A DNA stretch of 64,000 nt, from positions 416,001 to 480,000 of the forward strand of contig CAWBWI010000001.1 of assembly GCA_963792585.1 (NCBI GenBank), given 5' to 3'. This stretch comes from Candidatus Eiseniibacteriota bacterium (GTDB lineage Bacteria > Eisenbacteria > RBG-16-71-46 > CAIMUX01 > VGJL01). This document shows positions 21,249 to 34,312 of this stretch, in pieces. The notes below the pieces were generated by a model. It did no database searches. It was not told where the DNA came from and saw only the letters and a program-made list of their open reading frames with translations. The first letter of the stretch is position 1; each line of letters opens with the position of its first letter. The translations under genes and the position numbers were made by a program.

Positions 21249-22788
21249 ATGTTCAAAGAAATCATCATCAACGCCGATCCCAACGAGACGCGCATCGCCG
21301 TCCTCGAAGACGGCGAGCTCGTTGAGTTGCTGATCGAGCGGCCGAGGAGCGACGCGCTCGTCGGCGACATCTACAAGGGCCGGGCCACCGCTGTTCTGCC
21401 GGGAATCCAGGCCGCCTTCGTCGAGATCGGGCTGCCCAAGAGCGCCTTCCTCCACATGTCGGACATGATGGAATCGATGCTCGATGTCGAGATGTTCGAC
21501 ATCGACGACGGACCCGCGCATCCGCGCCAAACCCCGCGACGATCTCAAGATCGAGGACCTACCTCCAGAAGGGCCAGGAGATCCTGGTCCAGATCATCAA
21601 GGAGCCGATCGGCACCAAGGGGCCGAAGGTCAGCGCGCGGATCAGCCTTCCGGGTCGCTATCTCGTGCTGATGCCCGGGCTCGATCACGTCGGGGTCTCG
21701 CGCAAGATCGCCGATCGCGACGAGCGCCAGCGGCTCAGGCGAGATCCTCGATGGAACTGAAGCCGAAGGACGCCGGCCTGATCTGCCGCACCGTCGGCGA
21801 GGGGCAGGGCGAGAAGGAGTTCCAGCAGGACGTCAAGTACCTGTCGGATCTCTGGACGCAGATCGAGGAGGCATCCGCCACGACCCCGGCCCCGGCGCTC
21901 GCTCCACCGTGAGATGGAGCTCACGACCGGGCTGATCCGCGACCTCTTCACCGAGGACATCGACCGGGTCGTGATCGACTCCGAGGAGGCCTACAAGCAG
22001 ATCCTCGCCTATCTCAACGCCTTCTCGCCCGAGCTGAAGAGCCGGGTCAAGCTCTACAAGGGGGACGGGCCGATCTTCGACGAGTACGGGATCGAGGCCG
22101 AGATCGAGAAGACCCTCGAGCGCAAGGTCTGGCTGAAGAAGGGCGGCTACATCGTCATCGACCACACCGAGGCGCTGGTCGCGATCGACGTCAACACCGG
22201 CCGCTTCACCGGCAAGAAGCCCCGGAGGACACGATCCTCAAGACCAACCTGGAGGCCGCCAAGGAGATCGCCCGCCAGCTTCGCCTGCGCGACATCGGCG
22301 GCATCATCGTCATCGACTTCATCGACATGGAGCAGGAGACCTCGAAGCGGCAGGTCCTCGACGACGCTGCGGCAGGCGCCTGCGGACCGACCGCGCGCGC
22401 ACCAAGGTCTACCCGGTCAGCGAGCTGGGCTTGATCGAGATGACCCGCCAGCGCGAGCGGCCGAGCCTGCTCCACTACTACAGCGACGACTGCGCGAGCT
22501 GCGGCGGGGTCGGGCGAAGGTCCTGTCGCTGGCCTCCCTCTCGATGAAGGTCGAGCGCTTCCTGCGGCGGATCGGCGCCCACTCGAAGGAGAAGCACGTC
22601 CAGTTCCGGGTCCACCCCGACCTCGCGACCTTCCTCTACGACGAGCGGGCGGAGCGGCTGGAGTCGCTTGAGAAGCAGCTACGATCTGACGGTCGACCTC
22701 CGGGACGATCCCCGGCTGCGGCGGGACGACATCCGGATCATCTTCCCGCAGGACCCGCAAGGACGTGACGGCCGAATTCCAGGGTTGA
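21249..22788 (+). CDS. rng: Ribonuclease E/G family endoribonuclease (RNase G-sized; multiple indels)
   Basis: [73 protein letters not shown]. Confidence 0.92.
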
Positions 22789-22812
22789 CGACCGGGCCGG
22801 GGTCCGTAACCT
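22785..22812 (+). promoter_or_regulatory. Putative sigma70 promoter of rplU-rpmA
   Basis: TTGACG, 16-nt spacer, TAACCT, then GGAGG RBS. Confidence 0.55.
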
Positions 22813-22851
22813 TCTGATTTTGCTCCCGGAACGGGTCGAACGGAGGAGTTT

Positions 22852-23168
22852 GTGCACGCAATTGTCGAGTTCCAGGGGCGGCAGTACCGCGTCGAACCGG
22901 GCGAGAAGATGCAGGTTCCGCTCTCTGGAGGCCGAGCCGGGCAGTGCGGTGAACTCGACCGGTGCTTCTGATCGAGGGGAGCGGACGGTGTCCGGGTCGG
23001 GCACCCGCTCGTCGATGGGGCGCGGGTCGAGGCCGACGGTGGTCCGGCACTGGCCGCGGCCCGAAGATCCTCGTTGGCAAGTTCAAGAAGCGGAAGGACT
23101 ACAGAAGGCGCAACGGATATCGCGACGACTTCACCGAGGTCGAGATTCTCGCGATCCACGGCGTCTAA
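22852..23168 (+). CDS. rplU: 50S ribosomal protein L21 (apparent indels)
   Basis: [33 protein letters not shown]; precedes rpmA. Confidence 0.9.
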
Positions 23169-23184
23169 GGCGGGGTAGACGGAT

Positions 23185-23467
23185 ATGGCGCACAAGAAGG
23201 GTCTCGGTTCCAGCCGCAACGGGCGCGACAGCAACTCGCAGCGCCTGGGCGTCAAGGCTTTCGGCGGCGAGTTCGTCACCGCCGGTTCGATCATCGTCCG
23301 CCAGAGGGGCACCCGGTATGTGCCGGGCGAAACGTCGGGCCGCGGGAAGGACGATACCCTCTACTCCCTGGTAGACGGGCACGTCCTCTTCCGGAAGCAT
23401 CGGAACGGTCGACCCTGGTCAGCGTCGAACCCAAGGAAGCCGTCGCCGTCGGCGAGGGCGAGCCTAG
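23185..23467 (+). CDS. rpmA: 50S ribosomal protein L27 (3' indel; end approximate)
   Basis: [43 protein letters not shown]. Confidence 0.95.
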
Positions 23468-23534
23468 CCCGGCCTCCATTCCGATTCCGTCCGAACTCGA
23501 TCCACCGGCCGCACCATTCCGGAGGGTCTGCACG

Positions 23535-24465
<931 letters not shown>

Positions 24466-24665
24466 ATCGAGCGCCGCTCGTCGGAGATCGCATCACGATG
24501 CGGGCCGATCGGTTGACAGGACCGAGACTCGGCCGAATATCGTGCGGTCGATCCGCGTGTCTCGAACGATCTACCCGATCGTTGCGGCGCCCGTCTTATG
24601 TGCGGTCGGACGGTGCGGAAGGCGGATGCCGCATCGTTGGCTGGAGGCGAAGCGGTGGAGGCGAC

Positions 24666-25443
24666 GTGTCGATCTCCTCACAGCGGATCGTGGGGGTGAT
24701 CCCGGCGCGCTATCGGCTCGACCCGGTTTCCCGGGAAGCTCCTCGCGCATGCCTCGGAGACCGAACCGTGCTCCACCACGTCCACGAGCGCGCGCGCGTC
24801 GCCTGCCTGAAATCGATCGCGTCGATCGTCGCCATCGACGACGATCGGGTGCTTCGGGAGGTGCTCGTCCTTCGGCGGCCAATCGCCGGTATGACCTCTC
24901 GGATCGTCATCGATCGGGGACGGACCGGGTTGCCGAGGCGGTCGAGGCATCCGCCCCCGACTGCGAACTCGTGGTCAACATTCAGGGGGACGAACCGTTC
25001 CTCGATCCGGCCGCGGTGGACGCGATCGCTCGTGCGCTGCGCGCCCGATCCGGAGGCGATCTGGACGGCGGTGGCCCCGTTGACGGACGCGGAAGCGTCG
25101 ACTCGTCCGTGGTGGTGAAGGCGGTGGTGGCTGCCGACGGCAGGGTTCTCTATTTCTCGCGGGCCCCGGTTCCGTTTCTGCGGGACGAGTCGTCGCGCGA
25201 GTCTGCGCCGACACCACGTGGGGATCTATGGATTCTCCCGGGCGGTACTCCGGAAGTTCGTCGGGATCCCGCCATCGGCTCTCGAGAGGCCGAGGGGCTC
25301 GAGCAGCTCCGGGCGCTCGAGGGGGGGATCCCGATCAGGGCAGTGACCGTTGCGCAGGCATTCGGCGGGATCGACACGAACGAGGATCTGGAACGGGCGC
25401 TCCGGCGGCTTTCTCGAGCGCTGAAAGGAAAGGGAACGGATGA
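24666..25443 (+). CDS. kdsB: 3-deoxy-manno-octulosonate cytidylyltransferase (many indels)
   Basis: [47 protein letters not shown]. Confidence 0.88.
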
Positions 25444-27079
25444 CCGAGAAGGGGCCACGTTTCATCTTCATCACGGGCGGCGTCGTTTCCTCGCTCGGCA
25501 AGGGGATCGCCGCCGCCTCGACGGGGCTGCTCCTGAAGGAACACGGCTTCCGCGTCACGCTGCAGAAGTTCGATCCCTACCTCAACGTCGATCCGGGGAC
25601 GATGAGTCCCTATCAGCACGGCGAGGTCTTCGTGACCGACGACGGCGCGGAGACCGATCTCGACCTCGGGCACTACGAGCGCTTCACCGACCAATCGCCT
25701 CGGCCGGGAGAACTGCGTCACGGCGGGTCAGATCTACGATCGCGATCCTCTCCCGCGAGCGGCGCGGCGATTTCCTGGGCAAGACGGTGCAGGTGATTCC
25801 GCACGTGACCGACGAGATCAAGCGACGCGATGACCGACCACGCGGTGCGGGTCGGCGCGGACGTCGAGCATCGTCGAGATCGGCGGGACGGTGGGCGACA
25901 TCGAGGGGCTGCCGTTCCTGGAGGCGATCCGCCAGCTCCGGCTCGATCTTGGCCGCAGCACGGACCCTCTTCATCCACCTGACGCTCGTTCCGTACATCA
26001 AGGCGGCGCACGAGCTGAAGACCAAGCCGACGCAGCACAGCGTCAAGGAACTTCGTGAGATCGGCATCCAGCCGGACATCCTGCTATGCCGCACGGAAGT
26101 GCCGATCGCCCTCGAGGTGCGCGAGAAGATCGCGCTGTTCTGCAGCGTCCCGCCCGACGCAGTGATCGAGGCCGCCGACGTGCCGTCGATCTACGCCGTT
26201 CCTCTCTACTTCCACCGGGGCGGGCTCGATCGGCTGATCGAGGAGCGTCTCGCTCTGACCCCCACGCAGCCGCTCGATCTGCGCCCGTGGGAGCAGATGG
26301 TCCGCACGATTCGGGAGGCGACCCGGAGCGTGACCATCGCGATCTGCGGCAAGTACACGCACTATCAGGACGCCTACAAGAGCATCGTCGAGGCCTTCAC
26401 GCACGCCGGTGTGGCCAACGACGTTCGCGTGGAGATCCGCTGGGTCGAGTCGGAGGACCTGGAGAAAGACGGGCCGGAGGGCGCGCTCGACGGAATCGAC
26501 GGGCTGCTCGTGCCCGGCGGTTTCGGCGCCCGCGGAATCGAGGGGATGATCAGCGCGATCCGCTACGTTCGCGAGCGGAGGATCCCGTTCCTCGGCATCT
26601 GCCTCGGCCTGCAGTGCGCGACGATCGAGTTTGCTCGCGCACTGCGCCGGCTGGCCGCAGGCGAACTCGACGGAGTTCGACGCGGACTCGCCGTATCCGG
26701 TCATCGATCTGTTGCCCGGCCAGAGCCACATGGGGCAGAAGGGGGCCACGATGCGGCTCGGGCTCTATCCCTGCCAGCTTGCCGACGGCAGTCGCGCCAA
26801 AGAGGCCTACGGGGAAGAGGAGATTCGAGAGCGCCACCGGCACCGCCTCGAGTTCAACAACGTCTACCGCGAGAGATTGCGGGAGGCCGGACTCTCGCTG
26901 ACCGGGATCTGCCCGGAGAACGACCTGGTCGAGATCATCGAGTTGCCGGATCATCCGTGGTTCGTGGGCGTTCAGTTCCATCCGGAGCTGCGCAGCCGTC
27001 CCCGCCGGCCGCACCCGCTCTTCCGCGAATTCGTGAAGGCCGCCGTGACGGCGAAGGAGAACTGGCGCCTCGTGGCTGA
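25440..27079 (+). CDS. pyrG: CTP synthase (indels)
   Basis: [64 protein letters not shown]. Confidence 0.97.
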
Positions 27080-27906
27080 TCGGGCGCGTTTCCTGGGCCG
27101 TCCGTTGCCGGCCGATCGGCTCTTCGTGATCGCGGGGCCGTGCGTCATCGAGGGGGAAGCGATGACCCTCGATGTCGCGGCGAAGCTGAAGGAGATCTGC
27201 GCGCGCCTCTCGGTGGACCTCGTCTTCAAGAGCTCCTACAGAAAGGACAATCGGACGGCGATCGATTCGTTCACCGGTCCCGAGATCGATGAGGGGCTGC
27301 GCATTCTCGCTCGCGTGCGGGATGAGCTCGGGGTGCCCGTGTTGACAGACGTGCACTGCCGGCTGGAGGTCGGTCCCGCGTCGGCGGTCGCAACGGTCCT
27401 CCAGATCCCGGCCTTCCTCTGCCGGCAGACGCGCCTGATGCAAGAGGCGGCGCGGGACGGGGTGTGTGGTGAACGTGAAGAAGGGGCAGTTCCTGGCACC
27501 CGCCGACATCGCGCGGGTGCTCGAGAAGCTGCGGGCCGCGCGGCCCGAAGGAGAGTACTGGCTGACGGAACGGGGAACGAGCTTCGGCTATCGTGATCTG
27601 CTCGTCGATCCGCGATCGATCGCGACCATGCGCGATCTCGATTGCACCGTCGTCTACGACGCGACCCACTCGTTGCAGCAACCCGGCAAGGGGGGCGACC
27701 GGCGGTTCGCCCGGCCGCTGGCCCGCGCGGCGATCGCGGCGGGCGCCGACGGCCTCTTTCTCGAGACCCACCCCGATCCGGATCACGCATTGAGCGATCC
27801 GACGACCCAGCTCCCGCTGGACTCGATCCCGGATTTCCTGGAAGAGATGGTGGAATGGAAAACGGCGCAGGCGGCTCAGGTTCGCAAAGGTCGAATCCGG
27901 CCCTGA
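27072..27906 (+). CDS. kdsA: KDO 8-phosphate synthase (indel near 27460)
   Basis: [54 protein letters not shown]. Confidence 0.95.
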
Positions 27907-28892
27907 TGGGGGAGAGGGCGCGCTCGATCCTGAGCGCGCAGATCGCGGGCCTGGAGCGATTGGATTCGCTCTGCGAGTCCCCGGCCCTCGGCAAGGCGGT
28001 CGCGTTGTTTCGTGACTGCCGCGGCCGCGTCCTCGTCAGCGGGGTTGGAAAGAGCGGCTTGGTGGCGGCGAAGATCGCGGCATCGATGCGATCGACCGGC
28101 ACGCCGGCCGTCTACCTGCACCCCGTCGACGCGATGCACGGCGACGTCGGGCTGATCGGTCCCGAGGATGTCGGGTTCTTCCTCAGCAAGAGCGGGGAGA
28201 GCCGGGAGCTCACCGACCTGGTCCCGACCTTCAAGCGACTCGGCGTGCCGATCGTCTGCCTCGTCACGCGGGCCGACTCCGCGCTGGGGAGTCTCTCGGA
28301 CCTGATCCTCGATGTCGGACCCGTGACCGAGGCGGGACCGATCCAGGAGGTGCCGACCACGAGCACCACGGTCTTCCAGGTCGTGGGGGACATGCTGACC
28401 CTGCTCGTGCTCTGGGAAAAGGGGCTCACCTCCGAGGACTTCGCCTTTCTCCACCCGGGAGGGGTGCTCGGGAGGCTCACGACCCTGCGCGTCCGCGAGA
28501 TCATGCACCACGGGGAAGCCCTCCCCCGGGTTTCGGGAAACGCGCGGGTGCGCGATGCGCTGGTCGAGATGATCGACAAGCGTCTCGGGATGACGACGGT
28601 CGTGGACGAAGAGGGTCGCCTGATCGGGGTCCTGACCGACGGGGACATCCGGCGGGTCCTTTTCCGCTACGGGTCGATCGACGATCTGAAAATCCTGCAG
28701 GTGATGTCTGGGAATCCGAAAACGATTGATGGGGAACAGCTTCTCGCGAGCGCGGTCCACCGAATGGAGACCAATGCCGGGGGGCCGATCACCGCTCTCG
28801 TCGTCGTGGACGCGGAAGGGAGACCGGACGGAGTCATCCACTTGCATGATTGCCTGCGCCTTGGGATCCGAAACGGAGCCCAATTGGCATAG
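27906..28892 (+). CDS. kdsD: Arabinose-5-phosphate isomerase, KpsF/GutQ family (SIS + 2 CBS domains)
   Basis: SGVGKSG, STGTPA, HGD.G, SKSGES, PT.STT, HPGG.LG, TDGD.RR. Confidence 0.93.
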   Translation: MGERARSILSAQIAGLERLDSLCESPALGKAVALFRDCRGRVLVSGVGKSGLVAAKIAASMRSTGTPAVYLHPVDAMHGDVGLIGPEDVGFFLSKSGESRELTDLVPTFKRLGVPIVCLVTRADSALGSLSDLILDVGPVTEAGPIQEVPTTSTTVFQVVGDMLTLLVLWEKGLTSEDFAFLHPGGVLGRLTTLRVREIMHHGEALPRVSGNARVRDALVEMIDKRLGMTTVVDEEGRLIGVLTDGDIRRVLFRYGSIDDLKILQVMSGNPKTIDGEQLLASAVHRMETNAGGPITALVVVDAEGRPDGVIHLHDCLRLGIRNGAQLA

Positions 28893-28900
28893 TCCATGCT
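28885..28900 (+). promoter_or_regulatory. Putative sigma54 (-24/-12) site upstream of lptC-lptB-rpoN
   Basis: TGGCATAGTCCATGCT: GG-N10-GC spacing with TGGCA...TGCT. Confidence 0.55.
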
Positions 28901-28928
28901 TGCACGCTCCATCGGCCCTCCCTAAAGT
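28900..28928 (+). promoter_or_regulatory. Putative sigma70 promoter of lptC-lptB-rpoN
   Basis: TTGCAC, 17-nt spacer, TAAAGT, then AGGAGG RBS. Confidence 0.55.
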
Positions 28929-28945
28929 CCCTTCAGGAGGATTGG

Positions 28946-29573
28946 ATGGCTCAGGGAGCGAGGATCGGGGCGCCGCCAAGCTCCAACCGCCGGGGGCGCG
29001 GTTGGGCGGCCGAATTGCTGCTTCTGCTGCTCGCCCATGGGTGTTCGACCCCCTCCCAAGAACCGGTTCGCTCCGCCGGGGCCCCGAAAGGACCCGAACA
29101 GACGTTCGCCAACCTGGAGCTCCGCGAGACGACCGCGGGCCGGCTCGAGTGGAAGCTTCGGGCAGCGCGCGCGGTGCGGCCGAGCACCTCGGCCGCGACC
29201 CACATGGAAAGTCTTCGGGTGGAGTTCTTCGAGGGCGGTCCCCAGGTGCGCTCGGTCCTGACCTCGGACAGCGGCAGGGTCGACATTGCGAAGGGGCTCC
29301 TGATCGCGACGGGACACGTCGTCGTCACGACCCTGGAGGGAAATCGTCTCGAGACCGAGGAGCTGTTCTGGGACCGAAAGAACGCCAAGGTGAGTTCAAC
29401 CGCGTTCGTCCGTCTGACCAGGGGGCGAGGACGTTCTGACCGGGATCGGTTTCGAGGGCGACCCGAACCTGGAGCACTACGAAATCCAGAAGAACGTCCA
29501 GGCCTCGGTCCGGGCGAGGGAAGGACTCCGCGATGAGATCCTCGGTCCCGACAGCACCGGCAATGGTCGCTGA
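28946..29573 (+). CDS. lptC: LPS export protein LptC (indel near 29425)
   Basis: W.L.A..A, L.TE.LFWD, G.GF.GD.NL..YEI; lies between kdsD and lptB. Confidence 0.8.
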
Positions 29574-30331
29574 ATCTCCGGGAATCGGGGGGCCGCTCGC
29601 GGTCGCCCGCGGGAACCTTCTCGCAGAGGGGCTCGTCCGTTCCTACGGCAAGGTCCAGGTCGTTCGCGGCGTGACGATCGAGGTCGCTCCAGGCGAGGTC
29701 GTGGGCCTGCTCGGTCCCAACGGCGCCGGCAAGACGACGACCTTCTACATGATCGTCGGACTCCTGAAGCCCGACAGCGGCAGGATCCTCCTCGGCGGGG
29801 AGAACATCTCCCACCTCGCGATGTACCAGCGCGCCCGGCTCGGCATCGGCTATCTCTCCCAGGAGCCGAGCGTCTTCAGACGGATGAGCGTCTGGGACAA
29901 CGTGATGGCTATCCTGGAGACGCTTCCCCTCGGGCCGGAGGAACGCCGGCGGCAGTGCGAGGAGCTTCTGCGCGAGCTGGACATCTACCACCTCAAGGAT
30001 CGGAAGGGGTACCAGCTCTCGGGCGGCGAGAGACGGCGCTGCGAGATCACGCGCGCCCTGGTCGACCAGGCCGTCGTTCCTCCTGCTGGACGAGCCGTTC
30101 GTCGGGATCGATCCGATTGCGGTGCAGGATCTGCAGGGGATCATCCGCGGACTGCGAGACCGGGGCCTGGGGATCCTGATCACCGATCACACTGTTCGGG
30201 AGACTCTGCACGCGACGGATCGCGCATACTTGATGTACGAAGGGCGGATCCTGCTCGCGGGCACGGCTGCCGAGTTGGCCGAGGACCCCGAGGCGCGACG
30301 GATCTACCTAGGAGAGAACTTCCGGCTCTGA
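29563..30331 (+). CDS. lptB: LPS export ABC transporter ATPase LptB (indel near 30070)
   Basis: [59 protein letters not shown]. Confidence 0.95.
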
Positions 30332-30356
30332 AGCGTCGGGGGGAAAGCGAGACACC

Positions 30357-31839
30357 ATGGACATGAAGCCTCGGCTCGGCATGGAGATGCGCCAGCAACT
30401 GGTGATCACCCAGAAGGTGCAGCTCATGCTGAAGTTCCTGCAGATCCCGACCCTCGAGCTGCAGCAGGTTCTCCATCAGGAGATCCTCACCAACCCGGTT
30501 CTGGAACTCGAGGAAGAGGACGCAATCGTCGACGAGCAGCCGAAGCAGGAGGGCGAGGAGACTCCGATCGCCGCGCCCGATTCCCCGGAAGAGTTCGCCG
30601 TCGCCGAGAAATCGGAAGAGGAGCCGGCCGAAGCCGACTGGTCGGAGTTCTACACGAAGAATACGACTCGTCGTTCACGCGCGGGGAGACGGAAGAGACC
30701 GAATTCCTCGAGAAGGTCCCGGTCGCGGGGACGACGCCTCCAGGAGTCGCTGCGCGAGCAACTGCGCCTGATGGTCAACGGTGAGAAGGAGGAGCAGCTC
30801 GCGGAGTACATGATCGGCATGATCGACGACCGGGGCTACCTGGTCGCCGGCGAGGAGGAGATCGCCAAGGAGACGGGGGCAGACGTCGAGTAGATCCGGG
30901 AGTTCATCGTGCGCCTGCAGAGTCTGCGATCCGCCCGGGATCGGGGCTCGGGACCTCCGGGAGTGCCTCATGCTGCAACTGAAGGCACGGGGTCTCGAGG
31001 GCAGCCTCGCCTGGCGGGTCCTCGACGAGCAGTGGGAGAATCTGGTCAAGCGCGCGCCACGCCGACATGGCCCGCGAGCTGAAGGTCGGCCTCGAGAAGA
31101 TCCAGGAAGCGACCGACCAGATCAGCACGCTGATGCCCCATCCCGGGCAGGCTTGTTTCGACCGACGACATCCGCTACATCTATCCCGACCTCATCGTGG
31201 AGAAGGTGGGGGATGTCTACGAGGTCTACTCTGAACGACCGGTCGATCCCGAGGCTTCGGGTCAGTCCGGCATACGAATCGGTCCTGATGGGCAACCGCG
31301 ACGGCGACCCGAAGGTCCGCGAGTACGTGGAGGGGAAGCTGTCGTCGGCCCGATGGCTGATCCAGGCGATCGAGAAACGCCGCCGGACGATGATCCGCGT
31401 GATGGAGGCGATCGTCGACGAGCAACGGGACTTCTTCGACCACGGGATCGCCCAGCTGAAACCCTTGACCCTGCAGGATATTGGAACGCGGGTCGGGATC
31501 CACGAATCGACGGTGGCCCGCGTGACGAAGGCCAAGTACGTGCAGACTCCGCGCGGCGTCTATCCGATGAAGTTCTTCTTCTCCAGCCGACTCCACACCG
31601 ACTGCGGCGAGGACGCATCCGCGAAATCGGTCAAGGAGAAGATTCGTGACCTGATCGACGGCGAGGAGAAGGACGATCCGCTATCGGATGAGAAGATCGC
31701 GAAACTCCTCCAGGCGGAGGGGATCCAGATCGCCCGGCGCACCGTGGCGAAGTACCGTGAAGCGATGAAGATCGACAAGGCGCAGTTCCGCAAGCGCACT
31801 CCGCGGCGGGCGGAGGCGAGGGATCGATGGCCGGCGTGA
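30357..31839 (+). CDS. rpoN: RNA polymerase sigma54 factor (indels and one in-frame TAG at 30891, likely errors)
   Basis: Q-rich region I, NP.LE, GIGARDL.ECL.LQL, PLTL, HESTV.R, RpoN box ARRTVAKYRE. Confidence 0.95.
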
Positions 31840-31899
31840 ACATTCCAAAGGAAGGGAGCGCACGGCTCCCGGAAACCATCGAGATAAGGAGGTAGGCCG

Positions 31900-32445
31900 A
31901 TGGACATCATCACGACCGCACGCAGGTATGAGTTGACCCCGGACGTGCGCGAGCACGCGGAGAAGTCGGCTGCAGAAGCTCGGCCGTTACCATGACCATA
32001 TCCAGGAGATCCACCTGGTCCTCGCGCAGGAGAAGCATCGTCAGATCGCCGAGGTCACCCTGCACGTCAACGGGGCCGACATGACGAGCCGCCAGGAGAC
32101 GCACGACATGGTCGAGTCGATCGATCAGGTCGTCGATCGGATCGAGAAGCAGTTGAAGAAGCTGAGCGCGCGCATGAGGGACCGCAAGACCCGGCGGGTC
32201 GTCTCCGCCTCGCATCCCGTGGAGGAGGCGGAGCTGCACGGAGGTGGAGCCCGAGGAGGAGTTCGCGCCGGTCGTCGTGCGGGGGAAGCAGTGGCACCGG
32301 GAAGCGATCAGCGTCGAGGACGCGATCCGGCTGATCCGCGAGTCGAACGCGGAGTTCGTTCTCTTCAAGAACGTCCGCAGCGGAAAGGTCAGCCTCATCC
32401 ACCACCGGGCCGGACGGGAACTTCGGGCTCGTCGAGTCGGAGTAG
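31900..32445 (+). CDS. hpf: Ribosome hibernation promoting factor, long form (indels)
   Basis: I..TAR..ELT; SID...D.IEKQL.K; C-terminal S30AE domain (.VEDAI..F.LF.N); follows rpoN. Confidence 0.85.
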
Positions 32446-32456
32446 AGGAACGAACG

Positions 32457-33426
32457 ATGGCCGGCGATGACGGTCCGCGAGTTCTACGAGCGCGCCGGGG
32501 AGCTGCTCCATTTGAACGCTCCTCGGCAAGGGGCTCGAGAGCCGGCAGGACGTCACCGTGAGCGACATCAATCGCCCGGGTCTCGCCTTCACGGGGTTCA
32601 CGGAAAACTTCCTGTACGAGCGGATCCTGATCTTCGGGCAGACCGAGATCACCTACCTGAAAGCCCTCTCCGAGGTCGAGCGAGGCCGGGCGATCGAGAA
32701 CGTCCTGCAGTTTCCGATTCCCTGCATCATCGTGACGAAGGGGCTCGAGCCGCCCGACGAACTTCGAAACATGGGCGAGGCGCGCTCCGATTCCGCTCTT
32801 CGGGACCGCCATGGACACGACCCCGCTGATCCACGAGTTGACGGACTTCCTCGACGAGGCCTTCGCGCCGACGACCGCCGTGCACGGCTCCCTCGTCGAC
32901 GTATATGGCGTCGGACTCCTGATCACGGGACGTAGCGGGATCGGCAAGAGCGAGTGCGCGCTCGACCTCGTCGAGCGGGGTGCGCGGCTCGTTGCCGACG
33001 ACATCGTCACGATCCGACGACGCCACAATGTCCTGATCGGTTCCGGCAACGAGATGGTCCGCCATTGCATGGAGATCCGGGGCATCGGGATCATCGACGT
33101 GCAGGCCATCTTCGGGATTCGCTCGATCCGCGCCCGCAAGCGAATCGAGGTCGAGGTGAACCTGCAGGAATGGGATGCGGCGAAGGACTACGAGCGCCTC
33201 GGACTCGACGAACGCCACACTTCCATCCTCGACGTCCGGATCCCGCTGGTCGTCGTTCCGATCTTCCCCGGAAAGAACATCACCGTCATCGCCGAGACGA
33301 TCGCGCTGACGTATCTGGTCAAGGCATACGGCTACGATCCGGCGCGAGCACTTCAACGAGAACCTCCTGCAACTGATCCGCCGCAAGCGGAACCTGGCCG
33401 TCCTCGCCCGGGACGACCTGGAGTAG
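32457..33426 (+). CDS. hprK: HPr kinase/phosphorylase (indels)
   Basis: INRPGLA.TGF, HG.LVDVYG.G.LITG.SGIGKSECALDL, LVADD, EIRGIGII. Confidence 0.95.
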
Positions 33427-33431
33427 ACGCG

Positions 33432-33821
33432 ATGGAGAGCGAGGTCCTCGGCATCTTGGTTACCCACGGAGGGCTCGGCCGCGAATTGGTTCGCACGGCG
33501 GAGGCGATCCTGGGGCCCCAAGAGCACATCGAGTTCGTGAGCAACAGCGGAGCGTCCCTCGAGGGTCTCTCGGAATGGGTCCGTCGCCTGGTCGAGGATC
33601 GCGCCGCCGGACCGGTCTACATGTTCGTGGACCTGGCCGGAGGCAGCTGCGGCCACGTTTGTCAGGAGGTGCGCCGGCTGCGGCCGGACACGGTCGTCTT
33701 CACGGGCGTGAACTTGCCGATGTTGCTCGAGTTCTTCCACTACCGTGGGCGCGTTGCGGACGAGGAACTGCGGCGGCGTCTGATGGCGAAGGGACGCGAC
33801 GGGATTCAGTGTCTGGGGTGA
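33432..33821 (+). CDS. PTS mannose/fructose/sorbose-family IIA component
   Basis: ILVTHG (phospho-His), FVDLAGGS, TGVNLPMLLE. Confidence 0.88.
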   Translation: MESEVLGILVTHGGLGRELVRTAEAILGPQEHIEFVSNSGASLEGLSEWVRRLVEDRAAGPVYMFVDLAGGSCGHVCQEVRRLRPDTVVFTGVNLPMLLEFFHYRGRVADEELRRRLMAKGRDGIQCLG

Positions 33822-34312
33822 ACTCCTACCTCTGGGTCCGGGTGGACGATCGTCTGCTGCACGGCCAGGTTGCGCTCGGCTGGCGACACGCGCTCGAGCC
33901 CGCCGCGTTCCTGATCGTCGATGACGCGACAGCCGGCGATGCGTTTGCATCGAGTCTGTTCGAAGGCGCCCTTCCCGAGGGTATGGAACTGACCATTCTG
34001 GATCGGGCGGGTTTCCTCGACCCGTCCATCCCACGGCCGGACCCGTCCCGCACGGTCGTCCTCATCCGCGCACTGGCCGAACTGCGAGGGCTCTGCGAGG
34101 GCGGATTCCGACCCGAGCGCGTCAACCTCGGCGGCCTCCATCATCGTGAGGGCGCGCGTCGCTATCTCGACTATCTCTACCTGACCGAGCAGGACGTCGC
34201 CGACAGCCGGTGGATGCTCGCTCGGGGAATCGACCTCTTTGCACAGGACTTGCCCTCCTCGCCGCGGCGCGCGGTCGGCGGGCTTCTCGACTCCGGAGGC
34301 TTCGCTCGATGA
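33818..34312 (+). CDS. PTS mannose/sorbose-family IIB component
   Basis: RVDDRLLHGQV..W (phospho-His), VNLGG, Q..PS. Confidence 0.88.
   Translation: MNSYLWVRVDDRLLHGQVALGWRHALEPAAFLIVDDATAGDAFASSLFEGALPEGMELTILDRAGFLDPSIPRPDPSRTVVLIRALAELRGLCEGGFRPERVNLGGLHHREGARRYLDYLYLTEQDVADSRWMLARGIDLFAQDLPSSPRRAVGGLLDSGGFAR

Noticed and set aside
24466..24665. Trm112/YcaR-like small gene before kdsB ([10 protein letters not shown])
   Set aside because: No CP.C motif or clear start; the region instead contains TTGACA (24513) and TATCGT, a probable promoter, and is error-rich
24542..27079. 845-aa ORF joining kdsB and pyrG segments; similar hprK-IIA and pyrG-kdsA read-through ORFs
   Set aside because: Chance frame joins caused by indels in GC-rich sequence
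30891..30893. In-frame TAG inside rpoN (DVE*IREF) as stop-codon recoding or pyrrolysine
   Set aside because: It lies in an error-dense block, TAG ends many genuine genes here (hdrA, metK, polA, prfB), and no pyl genes are seen; a substitution error is likelier
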